From NCBI GenBank assembly GCA_965140445.1, contig OZ223236.1:2048001-2112000 (forward strand): 64,000 bases of DNA, read 5' to 3'. Of the stretch, positions 19,749 through 28,708 are shown one piece after another; within the stretch, counting starts at the first letter, position 1; every line of letters begins with the position of its first letter. The position numbers and the translations under genes are program-made. The notes under the pieces were generated by a model. The model made no database searches and was not told where the DNA came from. It saw only the letters and a list, made by a program, of their open reading frames with translations. Origin of the DNA: Candidatus Ozemobacteraceae bacterium (GTDB lineage Bacteria; Muiribacteriota; Ozemobacteria; Ozemobacterales; Ozemobacteraceae).

Positions 19749-20393
19749 TTATCCAACTATTTCAACTGTGTCGCCATTTTTTATGCCGGCACAGTTTGCT
19801 TCATCAGTATCGATATGGAAATCGAGTGCGAACTTATTGCTTACCCTTACCAGTACATTGTTAAAGGTAACTGACTTTGAACCTGAAGTGCTAACAGATA
19901 CGCGATCTTTATCTTTCAGGCCAAAGTTTTCAGCGTCTTTATCACTCATGTGAATATGGCGGGCGGCTACAATAACACCTTTGTCAAGTATTACAGAACC
20001 TTTTGGGCCTACCAAAACGCATCCTGGTGTTCCTTCAATGTCTCCAGAATCTTTAACAACTGGTTTAACACCAATTTTAAAAGAATCGGTAGTAGAAATT
20101 TCAACCTGGGTTTCTGGTCGAACAGGGCCTAAAATTCTTACTTTATCAAGGTTCCCTTTGCGTCCGACAACCATTACACATTCTTCAGCTGCATACTGTC
20201 CAGGTTGTGAAAGGTCTTTCATTATTTTTAACTGATAACCTTTTCCAAACAAGGTTTCCAAATCTTCTTGTTTTATGTGAAGGTGGCGATTGCTTACGCC
20301 GCAGGATACAGAACCGGATTTTAGCCTATCCTGCAGATTAATATGCTTTAATACTTCAGCTACAATTGTTTTAACTTGCTTTTCATCAATCAT
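19749..20393 (-). CDS. pduL: PduL phosphotransacylase with N-terminal encapsulation peptide
   Basis: SNRHLH, LSQPGQYA, RILGPVR, RHIHM, HIDTDEAN; N-terminus EKQVKTIVAEVLKHI. Confidence 0.93.
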   Translation of the reverse strand: MIDEKQVKTIVAEVLKHINLQDRLKSGSVSCGVSNRHLHIKQEDLETLFGKGYQLKIMKDLSQPGQYAAEECVMVVGRKGNLDKVRILGPVRPETQVEISTTDSFKIGVKPVVKDSGDIEGTPGCVLVGPKGSVILDKGVIVAARHIHMSDKDAENFGLKDKDRVSVSTSGSKSVTFNNVLVRVSNKFALDFHIDTDEANCAGIKNGDTVEIVG

Positions 20394-21472
20394 TTTCTGT
20401 TTCCTTCCTTTGTCAGCATTCGCTGTAAAAGATGCTTTTCAATTATTACTGCACAGTTGTCAGGAAGAGAGCCCTTATCGAATTCTCGTGATCCCAATAC
20501 AGGAATAACTTCATTTGCTAATTTATTTTCAGAGGCAATTATACCATACCCTGAAGACTGCGCAAGGGGAAAAGTTGAAAAAAGCATAAAGGATTTTTTC
20601 TTTGCTGCTTCAAGCAATTTTTCCAGATTTTTTTGGGTTGTATAGGGAGCAACTGGTGGGATCAAAGCCCCAGCACAATTTTGGTCAATCAACATTCCCA
20701 GAGATGTTTCACCGGTAAAGGCTCCTTTGCTCTCCCATGAGATAGTAGGGGAAACTACTCTGTTTGATAACGAAGGAAACAAATCTTTAAACACTGGAAT
20801 CAAAGGTGTGTTAACAATAAAAAACAGATTTTTTATTCCAGAGCCGAAATCAAACAATTCGGATTGTTGTTTTTTTAAAGCTGTAATAGATTGGGCTTGA
20901 ACATAATAGAGAAAATGTTTCTCTTCTGTGCCTTGAATCATACAGAGTGAGTCCGCGACTTCTTTTGCCCACATTGTAAGCGGTCTATTGCCTGGAATTC
21001 TTCTGATCCCCTTTTGATAGAGCTCTCTGACTTCATCGGCTGTAAAAGGCGATAGGTCCTTTGCGGAGGCCTGATGGGGGTCTTCTCCCTGATATGAAAA
21101 CCTGAATGAGCCCACTAATTTTTTTAAATCTGACGGGAGAACATATTCTATGCCTAAAGCTTTCATGTCCTGAGTTGGAGCAGAAACTCTATCTACAATC
21201 ATGTAAATTGGCAGGCTTGATTTTGCTGAAAAAATCGACCACAGAGACTCTGTTATCCCGTCGTCACAAATACCAAGAGCTACCTTTTTGAGGCTTGGAA
21301 CCAAACTGTGAGAATCAATTGCAATTGCAGAAAATCGGTTTAATCCCGTATATTTAAGGGTCTCACAGCTGATTGCGACAAAATCATCTAGTGAAAGATT
21401 GTATGGCGCAATAGAAAAACGTTCCTGATCATTACGATCATCTGAAATTATCAACACCGGGGCTTTGCTCAT
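20390..21472 (-). CDS. chimeric BMC-locus protein: degenerate flavoprotein-like segment, EutQ-N-like motif and inactive TIM-like fragment
   Basis: LKKVALGICD; FTADEVRELYQKG...LTMWAKEVADSL; ISWESKGAFTGETSLGML; overlaps the pduL start. Confidence 0.55.
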   Translation of the reverse strand: MSKAPVLIISDDRNDQERFSIAPYNLSLDDFVAISCETLKYTGLNRFSAIAIDSHSLVPSLKKVALGICDDGITESLWSIFSAKSSLPIYMIVDRVSAPTQDMKALGIEYVLPSDLKKLVGSFRFSYQGEDPHQASAKDLSPFTADEVRELYQKGIRRIPGNRPLTMWAKEVADSLCMIQGTEEKHFLYYVQAQSITALKKQQSELFDFGSGIKNLFFIVNTPLIPVFKDLFPSLSNRVVSPTISWESKGAFTGETSLGMLIDQNCAGALIPPVAPYTTQKNLEKLLEAAKKKSFMLFSTFPLAQSSGYGIIASENKLANEVIPVLGSREFDKGSLPDNCAVIIEKHLLQRMLTKEGNRK

Positions 21473-21481
21473 AGTTTTTTT

Positions 21482-21510
21482 ATAATAGCCAGCAACATAA
21501 AATAAAGCAA
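21482..21510 (-). promoter_or_regulatory. sigma-70 promoter of BMC operon (TTGCTT-N17-TATTAT)
   Basis: Consensus spacing; -10 ends 9 nt before ATG, no RBS. Confidence 0.6.
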
Positions 21511-21523
21511 CAAAATTTGTAAT

Positions 21524-21547
21524 AAAAAAACCGCCAACTGGCGGTTT
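21524..21547 (-). terminator. terminator of 6S RNA
   Basis: AAACCGCCAgtTGGCGGTTTTTTT on the minus strand. Confidence 0.8.
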
Positions 21548-21551
21548 AATT

Positions 21552-21756
21552 AAGAGCCCCGCGAATGCCGTGTTAAGAAGACAATTGAACCCACTGAAAC
21601 AGTACGGTTGTCCGCCTGTTTAGGCAACGAGGACTTCGTAACAAGATAAATCTTGTTCGTAAGCGGTTCTCGAAGTTAAACAGAGACAGATTCCCTTTCA
21701 GACACAGGTGTCGGCTCAATTTAACCTGCACCATCACAAACACCGCAGGGACAAAC
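21552..21756 (-). ncRNA. ssrS: 6S RNA
   Basis: Minus strand reads CCCTGCGGTGTT...TGAGCCGA...GGGTTCAA...CGGCATTCGCGGGG, matching conserved 6S segments with complementary ends; about 200 nt; followed by a terminator. Confidence 0.82.
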
Positions 21757-21865
21757 TTTTCTAATACCTTACACTTCAAAAATATCAAACCAGATAGCTT
21801 TTGGCAAGAGAATAATGCAAAAAAATAATAAAAAAGATTTATGCTGAAAATATGATCGGAAGGGG

Positions 21866-21894
21866 TTGTCAAAAGAATGGAAAAACTGTAAAAT
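21866..21894 (+). promoter_or_regulatory. sigma-70 promoter TTGTCA-N17-TAAAAT
   Basis: Consensus elements and spacing. Confidence 0.55.
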
Positions 21895-21930
21895 GTTAGG
21901 GCAGTGTACCACAAGAAGGGAATATTTAGT

Positions 21931-22557
21931 ATGAAACGTAGTCACAAATTTTGGGCGATTTTATTTATTGCGCTTTTGCCAGTTATTGGAACATCTGTTT
22001 TTGCTTCAACCGAAAAATTTGACAAGGCTCACAAAGAGTCTTTCAAACTTGATAAAGATACAGTTTTCAAGAAAATTTTATTTTGTTGTGGTCTCATTAA
22101 TGCGGCCTATCTTGGTATAAATGATCAGGTTGCTGCTCTTCAGCTTGCTAAAAAAAATTCAAACCCTGGAGCTTTGTCTGCTCAATTGTTAGCAGTGCAG
22201 ATTGGGTTGGTTGAGAAACCTTTTTTGATTCGTTTTATTGCTCATGAGATTGAGCTTTGTCAAAACTATCCTAATTTTCCTCTTGGATTTAATGATTCTC
22301 CTGAAGGTCCGGAAAAGATGAGTGCAGAGTTTTATAAAATTGCAGACCATATAGAGAATATGAAAATAAAGTTTGAATCTAACGACATTAAAGCCCTGAG
22401 AAAAGAGTCTGAAAGAGTAGTTTTTGAGCTTTTCTGGACAGATAGCGAAAAAATGCGCACTTTATGCAGCGACATGCTTAATTTTATTAGAAAAGAACTT
22501 AAGGAAGATCTTCCTTTTGATGTTTTTTCTAAACAAAACAAACCAAAAGTAAATTAA
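21931..22557 (+). CDS. hypothetical exported protein
   Basis: Signal peptide MKRSHKFWAILFIALL...VFA; no recognised domain. Confidence 0.6.
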   Translation: MKRSHKFWAILFIALLPVIGTSVFASTEKFDKAHKESFKLDKDTVFKKILFCCGLINAAYLGINDQVAALQLAKKNSNPGALSAQLLAVQIGLVEKPFLIRFIAHEIELCQNYPNFPLGFNDSPEGPEKMSAEFYKIADHIENMKIKFESNDIKALRKESERVVFELFWTDSEKMRTLCSDMLNFIRKELKEDLPFDVFSKQNKPKVN

Positions 22558-24666
22558 TTATTTTTTTCTATTCTTATTGCGGCTATCAAAAGCCTTTTTA
22601 ATATTTGAACCCCTAAGGGCATGCTTCTTGGCAAGCCCTTTTTCTTTTCCTGTTTTTAGAGCTTTACCCAGTCTTTCTAATACGCCTAGTTCCAGGTTTT
22701 CTTCTTGCAGGGCAATGATTTCGTCACGAATCATGGCAGCCTTTTCAAATTCCATGGCTGTAGCTGCAGTTTCCATTTCTTTTTTCAGGCTGGTAATAAG
22801 TTCAAGCAACTTTTCCTTGTCAATGTTGGGTGTTTTCTTTCCATCAGTTGATTCGCCCGGGAGAAATAATTCTGGCAGTTGTTTTCGAATAGTGCTCGGA
22901 ACGATGCCGTGCTTTTTGTTATAAGCTTCCTGAATGGCCCTGCGTCTCTTTGTTTCATCAATGCAATACTGCATTGAAGCTGTAATTTTATCAGCATAAA
23001 GGATAACTCGCCCGTTCGCGTTACGAGCAGCACGCCCACATGTTTGCATTAAAGACCATGCAGAACGAAGAAAGCCTTCTTTATCCGCGTCTAAAATTGT
23101 CACGAGCGAGACTTCAGGAAGATCTAACCCTTCACGAAGCAGGTTGATACCAACAAGAACCTTAAATACGCCTAGCCTCAGATCACGTAAAATCTCAATT
23201 CTTTCTAATGTGTCGATTTCATCATGAAGATACCGAGATGGAATATTCAATTCAGTTAGATAAGCTGAAAGTTCCTGAGACATTTTTTTTGTAAGAGTTG
23301 TTACCAGAACCCTTTCATCTTTTTTTATCGTTTCATTGATTTGGCTGATAAGGTGATCAATTTGTCCCTCAGTTTTGACAACTGAAATTTCAGGATCCAA
23401 AAGCCCTGTTGGTCTGATAAGTTGCTCTGCAATATTCTCTTTAGATTCTTCAATTTCAAATTTTCCTGGGGTGGCAGAAACAAATAATAAAGGCCTGTTG
23501 CGGGCTAAAAATTCCTCAAACGTTAGACATCTGTTGTCTAATGCTGACGGTAATCTGAACCCGAAGTCTATAAGGGTTTGCTTTCTGCTTCTGTCGCCGC
23601 GGTACATCCCTTTTAGCTGTGGAACTGTCATGTGGGATTCGTCTAATATAATGAGACAATCTTTGGGAAGGTAGTCAACGAGTGTATCAGGCGGTTCGCC
23701 AGGTTTTCTGCCCGCGATTAGTCGGGAGTAGTTTTCGATTCCTTTGCAGAATCCGGTTTCTCTCATCATTTCGATATCATAGCGACACCGTTCGTAAATT
23801 CTTTGTGCTTCAATAAGCTTTTTATTTTCTTCAAAGAATTTTACCTGTTCTTTCATTTCTTCTTCTATGGCAACAAGCGCTTTTTCTTTTTTCTCGGTTG
23901 TGGTTACAAAGTGCTGCGCAGGAAAGATCTCAACGGAATTTAGCTTTTGAATTACTTCACCGGTTAAAGGGTCGAATTTTTCAATTTTTTCTATTTCGTC
24001 ACCAAAAAATTTTACTCTTATGGCTTCTTCACTGGAAGCTGGAAAAATATCCAGGGTCTCGCCTCTTGCTCTAAATCTGGATCTGTCAAAGTCCATGTCG
24101 TTTCTGGAATACTGAATGTGAATGAGGTCTCTGATAACTTTTTGCCGGGAAATGTTTTGGTTAACCGATAATCCTATTCTTAGTTCTGAATAATCTGAGG
24201 GGGAACCAAGACCAAAGATGCAGCTTACTGATGCTACTACTATTACGTCCCTTCTTGAAAAAAGAGAAGTTGTTGCTGAGTGCCTGAATCTGTCTATCTG
24301 CTCGTTAATCGATGAATCCTTTTCTATATAGCTATCAGTGGAGGGAATATATGCCTCTGGTTGAAAATAATCATAATAACTTACAAAATACTCCACTGAA
24401 TTTTGCGGGAAGAATTCTTTAAACTCTGTATATAACTGAGCTGCCAGGGTTTTGTTATGGGTTATTACTAAAACAGGCCTTTGAATCTCCTGAATAATAT
24501 TGGCCATGGAAAAAGTTTTCCCTGAGCCGGTAACTCCCAGAAGGGTCATTCTATCTGAACCTTCTTTTAACCAGGTCGAAAGTTTTCTAACTGCTTCTGG
24601 CTGGTCGCCTCTTAGTTGAAATGGACTATTTAAGTTGAATGGATTGACAGATTTCTGTGGTTTCAT
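22558..24666 (-). CDS. uvrB: excinuclease ABC subunit B
   Basis: GVTGSGKT, YYDYFQPEAY, DESH, LREGLDLPEV, GRAARN, UVR domain. Confidence 0.98.
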   Translation of the reverse strand: MKPQKSVNPFNLNSPFQLRGDQPEAVRKLSTWLKEGSDRMTLLGVTGSGKTFSMANIIQEIQRPVLVITHNKTLAAQLYTEFKEFFPQNSVEYFVSYYDYFQPEAYIPSTDSYIEKDSSINEQIDRFRHSATTSLFSRRDVIVVASVSCIFGLGSPSDYSELRIGLSVNQNISRQKVIRDLIHIQYSRNDMDFDRSRFRARGETLDIFPASSEEAIRVKFFGDEIEKIEKFDPLTGEVIQKLNSVEIFPAQHFVTTTEKKEKALVAIEEEMKEQVKFFEENKKLIEAQRIYERCRYDIEMMRETGFCKGIENYSRLIAGRKPGEPPDTLVDYLPKDCLIILDESHMTVPQLKGMYRGDRSRKQTLIDFGFRLPSALDNRCLTFEEFLARNRPLLFVSATPGKFEIEESKENIAEQLIRPTGLLDPEISVVKTEGQIDHLISQINETIKKDERVLVTTLTKKMSQELSAYLTELNIPSRYLHDEIDTLERIEILRDLRLGVFKVLVGINLLREGLDLPEVSLVTILDADKEGFLRSAWSLMQTCGRAARNANGRVILYADKITASMQYCIDETKRRRAIQEAYNKKHGIVPSTIRKQLPELFLPGESTDGKKTPNIDKEKLLELITSLKKEMETAATAMEFEKAAMIRDEIIALQEENLELGVLERLGKALKTGKEKGLAKKHALRGSNIKKAFDSRNKNRKK

Positions 24667-24733
24667 AAAATGAAGTATAATATAAAATGTAAGTCAGCAA
24701 AATGCTTTTCAATTAAATCGAAGGTGAAGAAAA

Positions 24734-25546
24734 ATGAAAATTTACATAGTTGCAGATATGGAAGGCGTTGCCGGAGTTGTATCTTTCGATCAAACCCATG
24801 GGAATTCGGCAGATTATGAATCGGCCAGAATTCAGTATACCCGTGAAATAAAGGCTGTTTGTGAAGGTGCTCTGGAAGAAGGCGTTGAAGAAATCTACAT
24901 AAATGATTTTCATGGCAATGGACGGAATTTAATCCTTGAAAGCCTGCCTGAAGGGGTAATGGTAGTTCGAGGGGATTTTCGTCCTCAGTCTGGATATGAC
25001 TTACTCGACAAAACTTTCGGCGGTATTATTTTTGTGGGGGCGCATGCAAGAACCGGTACTTTTTCTGGACTTATGCCCCATACATATTCTTCCAAGTTGA
25101 ATTACGAGATTTTTGGACAGCCAGTTGGCGAATTCGATTTATTGTCTTTAATCGGTGGTGAATTTAAAGTTCCCACGATTATGATTTCAGGAGATTCTGC
25201 AACTATTGAGCAAGCCAGAACTAATCTTCCATCGACCCATATGGTTATAACCAAATATTCTGTCGGAAACAACGGAGCGCTTTGTATCCATCCCAGAAGG
25301 GTTTGCAATTTGCTAAGAGAAGAAGTTAAGCGGGCCGTAAAAAATGTGGGAAGCATCGAACCGCCTCAGATTTCTCCACCTACTCAGCTTACTATTAAAC
25401 TTAATGATGTGGCCATTGCTTCCAGAATAGAGTGGATTCCAGGCTTGGAGCGTATCAATGATACAACTTTTGAATATGTCGGCAAAAGCATGAAAGAAAT
25501 TGCTGATGTGGTCTATGGAACAACCGTTCTTGCTGAAGGAATCTAG
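24734..25546 (+). CDS. D-aminopeptidase, peptidase M55 (DppA) family
   Basis: MKIYIVADMEG, NDFHG, GAHAR, PHTY, GEF, SGD. Confidence 0.9.
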   Translation: MKIYIVADMEGVAGVVSFDQTHGNSADYESARIQYTREIKAVCEGALEEGVEEIYINDFHGNGRNLILESLPEGVMVVRGDFRPQSGYDLLDKTFGGIIFVGAHARTGTFSGLMPHTYSSKLNYEIFGQPVGEFDLLSLIGGEFKVPTIMISGDSATIEQARTNLPSTHMVITKYSVGNNGALCIHPRRVCNLLREEVKRAVKNVGSIEPPQISPPTQLTIKLNDVAIASRIEWIPGLERINDTTFEYVGKSMKEIADVVYGTTVLAEGI

Positions 25547-27016
25547 CTATTTTTTCTCAATATCATATTGTTTAATTTTTCTTTGCAATGTTCTTCTTGA
25601 TACATCAAGCTGATCAGCTGTTTTTGAAACATTGAAATCATTTTTCTTTAATGAGCTTAAAATGATCTGCTTTTCAGCACGATTCATTTGTTCCTCAAAT
25701 GTTCCGCTAAAATCCTGAGGAATTTCTTCGGTCTGATGCTCACTATTGGTAAATGGGTTGTAATTACCCTTGTTGCTGAGTTGCGTTAACAAGGGCGGTA
25801 GGTCATTAATGGTGATTTTTCCATCTGATAATACCAGAGCTCGTTTTAAAACATTCTCTAGTTCACGTATATTTCCTGGCCACGAATGGTTTTGAAATAG
25901 CTCAAGCACTTCTGGAGTAAATTCAGGCTTTTGCTTTTTGTTCTGTTCTGCAAATATTGTAATGAAATGGTCAATCAGAAGAGGTAGATCATCTTTTCTC
26001 TCTCTGAGGGGAGGTAAGGTGATAGTCATTTCATTTATTCTATAATAAAGATCATGTCTGAAATTTTCAGCCCTCATCAGGTCAAACATGTTTCGATTTG
26101 TTGCTGCGATTATTCTGGTGTCAATTTTGACTGGGGAGGTTCCACCAAGTCTGAAAAATTGTTTTTCCTGTAATACTCTTAAAAGCTTTACTTGTGTATT
26201 TAAAGATGTTTCAGTGATTTCATCCAGGAAAATTGTTCCGCCATTGGAAATCTCAAAAAAACCTTTTTTCTGAAATTGGGCTCCAGTAAATGCGCCTTTT
26301 TCGTAGCCGAACAATTCGCTTTCAATAATGGTATCAGGTAAAGCTCCACAGTTTACTGCAACAAAATTTTGATTTTTTCTGTTTGAAAGAGTGTGGATCG
26401 CATGTGCTATAAGCTCTTTTCCTGTGCCACTTTCACCCTCAATCAGAACTGAAAGGTTACTATTGCTTATTTTTTCAAGGCAGGCAAAGATGGAATTCAT
26501 TTTTTCAGATTTCCCAATAATGCCGTTAAAAGAAAGTTCTCTTTTTGAAGTTGCTTTCGATGGAGTTGCTACCTCATAGACGTTGGCTGGTGAAAATTCA
26601 ACAATGTATTTTTTTGAGATTTTTTTCAGCCAAATCGGGATCACTGAGGCTAAATGCTGGATCTCAGAATCAATTAACTGCATTTTTCTTCCTTCTTTCC
26701 AGATTATGGCAGTTAATTGTTCCTGGGATAATGCCAGCAAATCTTCGGCGTTTTTTTCAAGAAGCTTGTCAAGAATATGCAGGTAGGATACGTATCTTTG
26801 CGGAGCTTCCTGATTTAATGTTTCAACCAGGCCAATATCATTAAGGATCTTTCTTCGCATTTCAGGAGGAAGTGCCATATTAAAGTTTACTTCCTGCTTT
26901 CTGGAAAAGTCTTCCTTCCAGTGCTCAAACAAATTGTCCATCTGTTTTAGCCCGGTGGGGGCTATTTCAGATAGAAAATCCGCCGCAAGCTTTCTAATGT
27001 CCTGGTCGTGTATCAT
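25547..27016 (-). CDS. sigma-54-dependent transcriptional activator (bEBP) with unrecognised N-terminal domain
   Basis: GESGTGKE, GAFTGA, FLDEI, WPGNIREL, Fis-type HTH. Confidence 0.92.
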   Translation of the reverse strand: MIHDQDIRKLAADFLSEIAPTGLKQMDNLFEHWKEDFSRKQEVNFNMALPPEMRRKILNDIGLVETLNQEAPQRYVSYLHILDKLLEKNAEDLLALSQEQLTAIIWKEGRKMQLIDSEIQHLASVIPIWLKKISKKYIVEFSPANVYEVATPSKATSKRELSFNGIIGKSEKMNSIFACLEKISNSNLSVLIEGESGTGKELIAHAIHTLSNRKNQNFVAVNCGALPDTIIESELFGYEKGAFTGAQFQKKGFFEISNGGTIFLDEITETSLNTQVKLLRVLQEKQFFRLGGTSPVKIDTRIIAATNRNMFDLMRAENFRHDLYYRINEMTITLPPLRERKDDLPLLIDHFITIFAEQNKKQKPEFTPEVLELFQNHSWPGNIRELENVLKRALVLSDGKITINDLPPLLTQLSNKGNYNPFTNSEHQTEEIPQDFSGTFEEQMNRAEKQIILSSLKKNDFNVSKTADQLDVSRRTLQRKIKQYDIEKK

Positions 27017-27774
27017 TATTTCTTCTTAGCTCCAAGTTTTCTTAAAAAGTGTTTTGATGTTTTGTCGTCTGGTTCTGCCTGGAGTGCTTTTCGATAAGCA
27101 TCTTTTGCTTTCTCTTTATCACCTGTTTCCATGCTTACTCTTCCAAGCCAGCGCCATGCTTCTGCATTTGCCGGATTTCTTGTGGTTGCTTCTTCAAGTG
27201 AGGCAGTTGCACTTGCGAAATTTTTCTGATTGTAGAACAGGTAAGCTAATTTTCTAAGTGATTCCGATAAGTAAGCTTCGATAATAGCCTTTTTGTCTGT
27301 GTTTGGAAACTTTTCCAGATATTCTTGCCACGCGCTACATTCTTTGGCGTAGAACTTCATTTGCTGGTAAAGTTTGGCTAATCTGAAAAGATAAATATCT
27401 GCTTTTTCTGGTTCAAGTTTAAGAAGATGATTCAACTTCTGAATTTCAAGGTCCATTTTTGCCCTTGATGATTCGCCGAGTCTTAAATCTTCTCGGACGT
27501 CAGAGTTGATTGAACCAAGAATTCTCATTTCTGCCAAGGGGGTGTTGCACTTTTCGCAAAAATCTATGTTGGCAGGGTTTTCGTGTTGGCATTTTAAGCA
27601 TTTGTTAAAAGGCTTTTGGCAGTTTTCGCATCTTCTGGCGTCTTCAGAAGCAATCAAATTACAATCTTTGCAAACATTTCTATAGGCAAAAACAGAATTG
27701 GTTAGAGCTAAGAGAAAGATAACAAGTAAAAATGAAAAACCTAATTTTTTAATCGATCTTGATGTAAAAATCAT
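27016..27774 (-). CDS. exported double zinc-ribbon plus TPR protein
   Basis: Signal peptide, four CxxC pairs, C-terminal TPRs; GGAG RBS. Confidence 0.75.
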   Translation of the reverse strand: MIFTSRSIKKLGFSFLLVIFLLALTNSVFAYRNVCKDCNLIASEDARRCENCQKPFNKCLKCQHENPANIDFCEKCNTPLAEMRILGSINSDVREDLRLGESSRAKMDLEIQKLNHLLKLEPEKADIYLFRLAKLYQQMKFYAKECSAWQEYLEKFPNTDKKAIIEAYLSESLRKLAYLFYNQKNFASATASLEEATTRNPANAEAWRWLGRVSMETGDKEKAKDAYRKALQAEPDDKTSKHFLRKLGAKKK

Positions 27775-28594
27775 GACAAACTCCATTTGAGGCTGGTATT
27801 GCTCCAGCTTTTTCAATCGCTTTGCTTGAAAGCAGTATTTTACCACCTTTGAGAGAGCCCACGGTTCTCAAAATTGGAAGAATTGCCTCTGGTTCTCCCT
27901 TGAAATTTCCTTCTCTGAATATGTGCCATTCTCGACCATCATAGCATGCGACATAGGGTCTTGAATTAAAAATTATTCTATATAGCTCTGGTTTGGAATA
28001 TTTGAAAACTCCGTATTCTGCTCCAATATAAGCTCTGTTTAAAACAAATGCTGCACTTAGTGGAGAGCCCAGAAAGGATTGCAAATTTACTTTTGCTGTG
28101 TCGTCAGGGTGTATTGCAAATCTCTCGAAATCAAGTGTTATTGAGTTTTCAATATCTCTGGTTTCAACAAATTGATATTCCCGGTCAGAAAATACTCCAA
28201 TCATTTCTAGAGTTTCTCTTGTGTTTTCTTTGTCTCCAAAAATAACCAGATCTTCTTTTTCTCGTTTTTTTGCTTCTTCTTTGAGGCCTTCTAATAGTTT
28301 TCTTGCAACTTTTGGGTGTTGATAGTCGTGGTGAATTCGCCACTTTGGAACTATTGCTGATTTTTGGCCGTTTGCAACCAGATCAGCGTGCGCAAATACG
28401 ATGTTTCCATAGGAAACGACCCAACAGGACCCAGGAGATCTGACCACAGCTTTTGAATGAAGCTTGCAAGTGTCTGAAGAGTCAAACCAGGAACCTTCAA
28501 GAATTTCAGCGCACCTATGCATATCTACTATGGATTCGGGATCTTCCTCATATGACAATTCTCTGAATACCATCTGCTGAAAGACTTCGTGCAT
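27749..28594 (-). CDS. hypothetical protein with degenerate GNAT-like fold
   Basis: WRIHHDYQHPKVARKLL resembles GNAT motif A; GAGGTG RBS before MHEV. Confidence 0.5.
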   Translation of the reverse strand: MHEVFQQMVFRELSYEEDPESIVDMHRCAEILEGSWFDSSDTCKLHSKAVVRSPGSCWVVSYGNIVFAHADLVANGQKSAIVPKWRIHHDYQHPKVARKLLEGLKEEAKKREKEDLVIFGDKENTRETLEMIGVFSDREYQFVETRDIENSITLDFERFAIHPDDTAKVNLQSFLGSPLSAAFVLNRAYIGAEYGVFKYSKPELYRIIFNSRPYVACYDGREWHIFREGNFKGEPEAILPILRTVGSLKGGKILLSSKAIEKAGAIPASNGVCHDFYIKID

Positions 28595-28647
28595 TTTCTC
28601 ACCTCGTTTAATTATCAATTAATTTTATACATTGTGCACAGATAAAT

Positions 28648-28675
28648 TCAACAAAAGTATTTAAAAGGTCGATTA
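28648..28675 (+). promoter_or_regulatory. possible sigma-28-like promoter TCAA-N16-GTCGATTA
   Basis: Partial consensus upstream of MscS-cNMP gene. Confidence 0.35.
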
Positions 28676-28708
28676 ACTATTTTGAAAATTATTTTTTAGG
28701 ATAACAAA

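Noticed and set aside
20390..21472. Calling this ORF tpiA or deoC
   Set aside because: Lacks TIM catalytic Lys/His motifs and DeoC signatures such as KTSTG
21801..21820. TTGGCAAG...TGCA as a sigma-54 site
   Set aside because: GG-to-GC spacing is 12 rather than 10
21573..21914. 113-aa minus-strand ORF
   Set aside because: Overlaps the 6S RNA and promoter region; no protein-like features or RBS
24667..24733. LexA/SOS box before uvrB
   Set aside because: No CTGT-N8-ACAG or GAAC-N4-GTTC palindrome visible
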